64,000 bases of DNA from Blastocystis sp. Blastoise (taxonomy: Eukaryota > Protista > Bigyra: Opalinata), in contig JBBPEB010000011.1 in assembly GCA_039096225.1 (NCBI GenBank), positions 310,001 through 374,000 of the forward strand, in the 5' to 3' direction. The notes under the pieces are model-generated. The model made no database searches and was not told where the DNA came from. It saw only the letters and a list, made by a program, of their open reading frames with translations. The translations under genes and the position numbers were made by a program. This document shows, piece after piece, positions 62,913-64,000 of this stretch. Position 1 is the stretch's first letter, and every line of letters begins with the position of its first letter.

Positions 62913-64000
62913 TTATAATAAATATTTGGAATGAACAATTTGAAGTATGGGATTACATTTATAAATAGTCATATAGGGATCATTTGTGGCAATTTTGACT
63001 GTATGAATAGTATGAAGAGTAGAATTACCACCACGTTGATAAATAGGGAAGAAAGGATCTGAATTATCACCTAAAATCAATAAAGCATCTTCAAAAGTTT
63101 TTGCAGGCATCATTTGAGCAGCTCTCTTTTCTCTATAAAAAGAGGATGCATCATAAGTATCTTGAACATGAATTAAATCAAACATATTAGCATGGAAATG
63201 AGGATGACCAGGAGAAGGGTAAAAATAACCTCTCTATTTATATATAATTTTATATATTTATTAATACTAGAATAAATAAAAATAAATATATAAATAAAAT
63301 AATAAGAATAAAAAGAATATATATACTCTTTTAAAAGGAGCTATTTCAAGATCTACAGCTTCTTTATGTTTTATATTCATAATTTGATAATTATGTCCTA
63401 CGAAATGAGGTGTTGATGTTATACGTTCTAAAGCATCTTCAAAAGATTGACTGTCTAATAACTATAGAAAGAATCACTTTTATATACTTATAATATTATA
63501 ATATTTCTATTCTAGACTATAAAAGCGATATAGAACTATAGATAAACATACATATCGTGCAATAAAATTTCTACTATACCCGTTAATATCTATATATATA
63601 TAAACATAATAGTTTTTATTTAATAAGTGTAAAACATACCATAATCATCAGAATGTAAATAATTCATAGTAAATGCAATATTCTTGTTCTTTCCAAAAGC
63701 TAGAATAATAATAGTTTTAATTAATAATATGAATAATAACAATGATATCTATTTATTCTTATAACTATATACAAGCAGTAGGAAGGACACCAACATAAGT
63801 ATAACTTGTAAAATCAGATACAATTGTATTATCTATATTTTAGAAAAACCATAATATATATATAATAATATATAATTATAGAACACATATAGTAAACTAT
63901 ATATATACTAATAAAAATCTTTTGTGTAAGAACTAATGTATTTCCTGCATCCTCGATAGCTCCATCTTCATTATGTACTAATATATCTATATGTATATAT
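62913..64000 (-). CDS. Peptidase C45 / acyl-CoA:6-APA acyltransferase-like Ntn hydrolase (5' end outside the window)
   Basis: HNEDG, YTYVGVLP..SFG.N..IAFTMN.L, RNFIAR.LL, GHNY, HAN, LGD...PIY, TLHT; junctions in frame. Confidence 0.82.

Overview
Very AT-rich, intron-dense eukaryotic nuclear DNA; no prokaryotic features. I reconstructed 20 protein-coding genes by walking exons by hand (about 135-140 introns, mostly GTAT...TAG), plus tRNA-Cys(GCA) and tRNA-Pro(CGG). In order: BTB-like/TLDc protein, di-ubiquitin-like protein, hypothetical protein, OSBP-related protein, importin-beta family karyopherin, mitochondrial S21, AP-4 beta, VPS29, LUC7, FANCD2, a TOG/CAP-Gly microtubule protein, a CDF metal transporter, a LARGE-like GT49, ARMC7, V-ATPase c, a ~2,690-aa Ig-like/HormR-repeat surface protein, a TBC1D23-like protein, a FAIM-domain protein, a Qa syntaxin and a partial peptidase C45. 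The TGTTTGTT 3' motif, putative-Ig surface protein and organellar ribosomal protein suggest a Blastocystis-like stramenopile with long AT-rich introns (inference only). Main leads: (1) several introns that cannot be spliced in frame, or only implausibly, with GT-AG; five are resolved by an AT donor (ATATAT/ATATTC) and one by a TG acceptor, so either non-canonical or editing-dependent splicing, or consensus errors beside (AT)n; (2) intron ends made of mutually complementary (AU)n tracts with no polypyrimidine tract; (3) an E2F-like CGCGGGAA motif family concentrated in FANCD2 exons and promoters; (4) a degenerate MITE-like element; (5) unusual domain architectures. Most short ORFs in the supplied track are intron or microsatellite artefacts. 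All family assignments are from motif recognition, not database searches.
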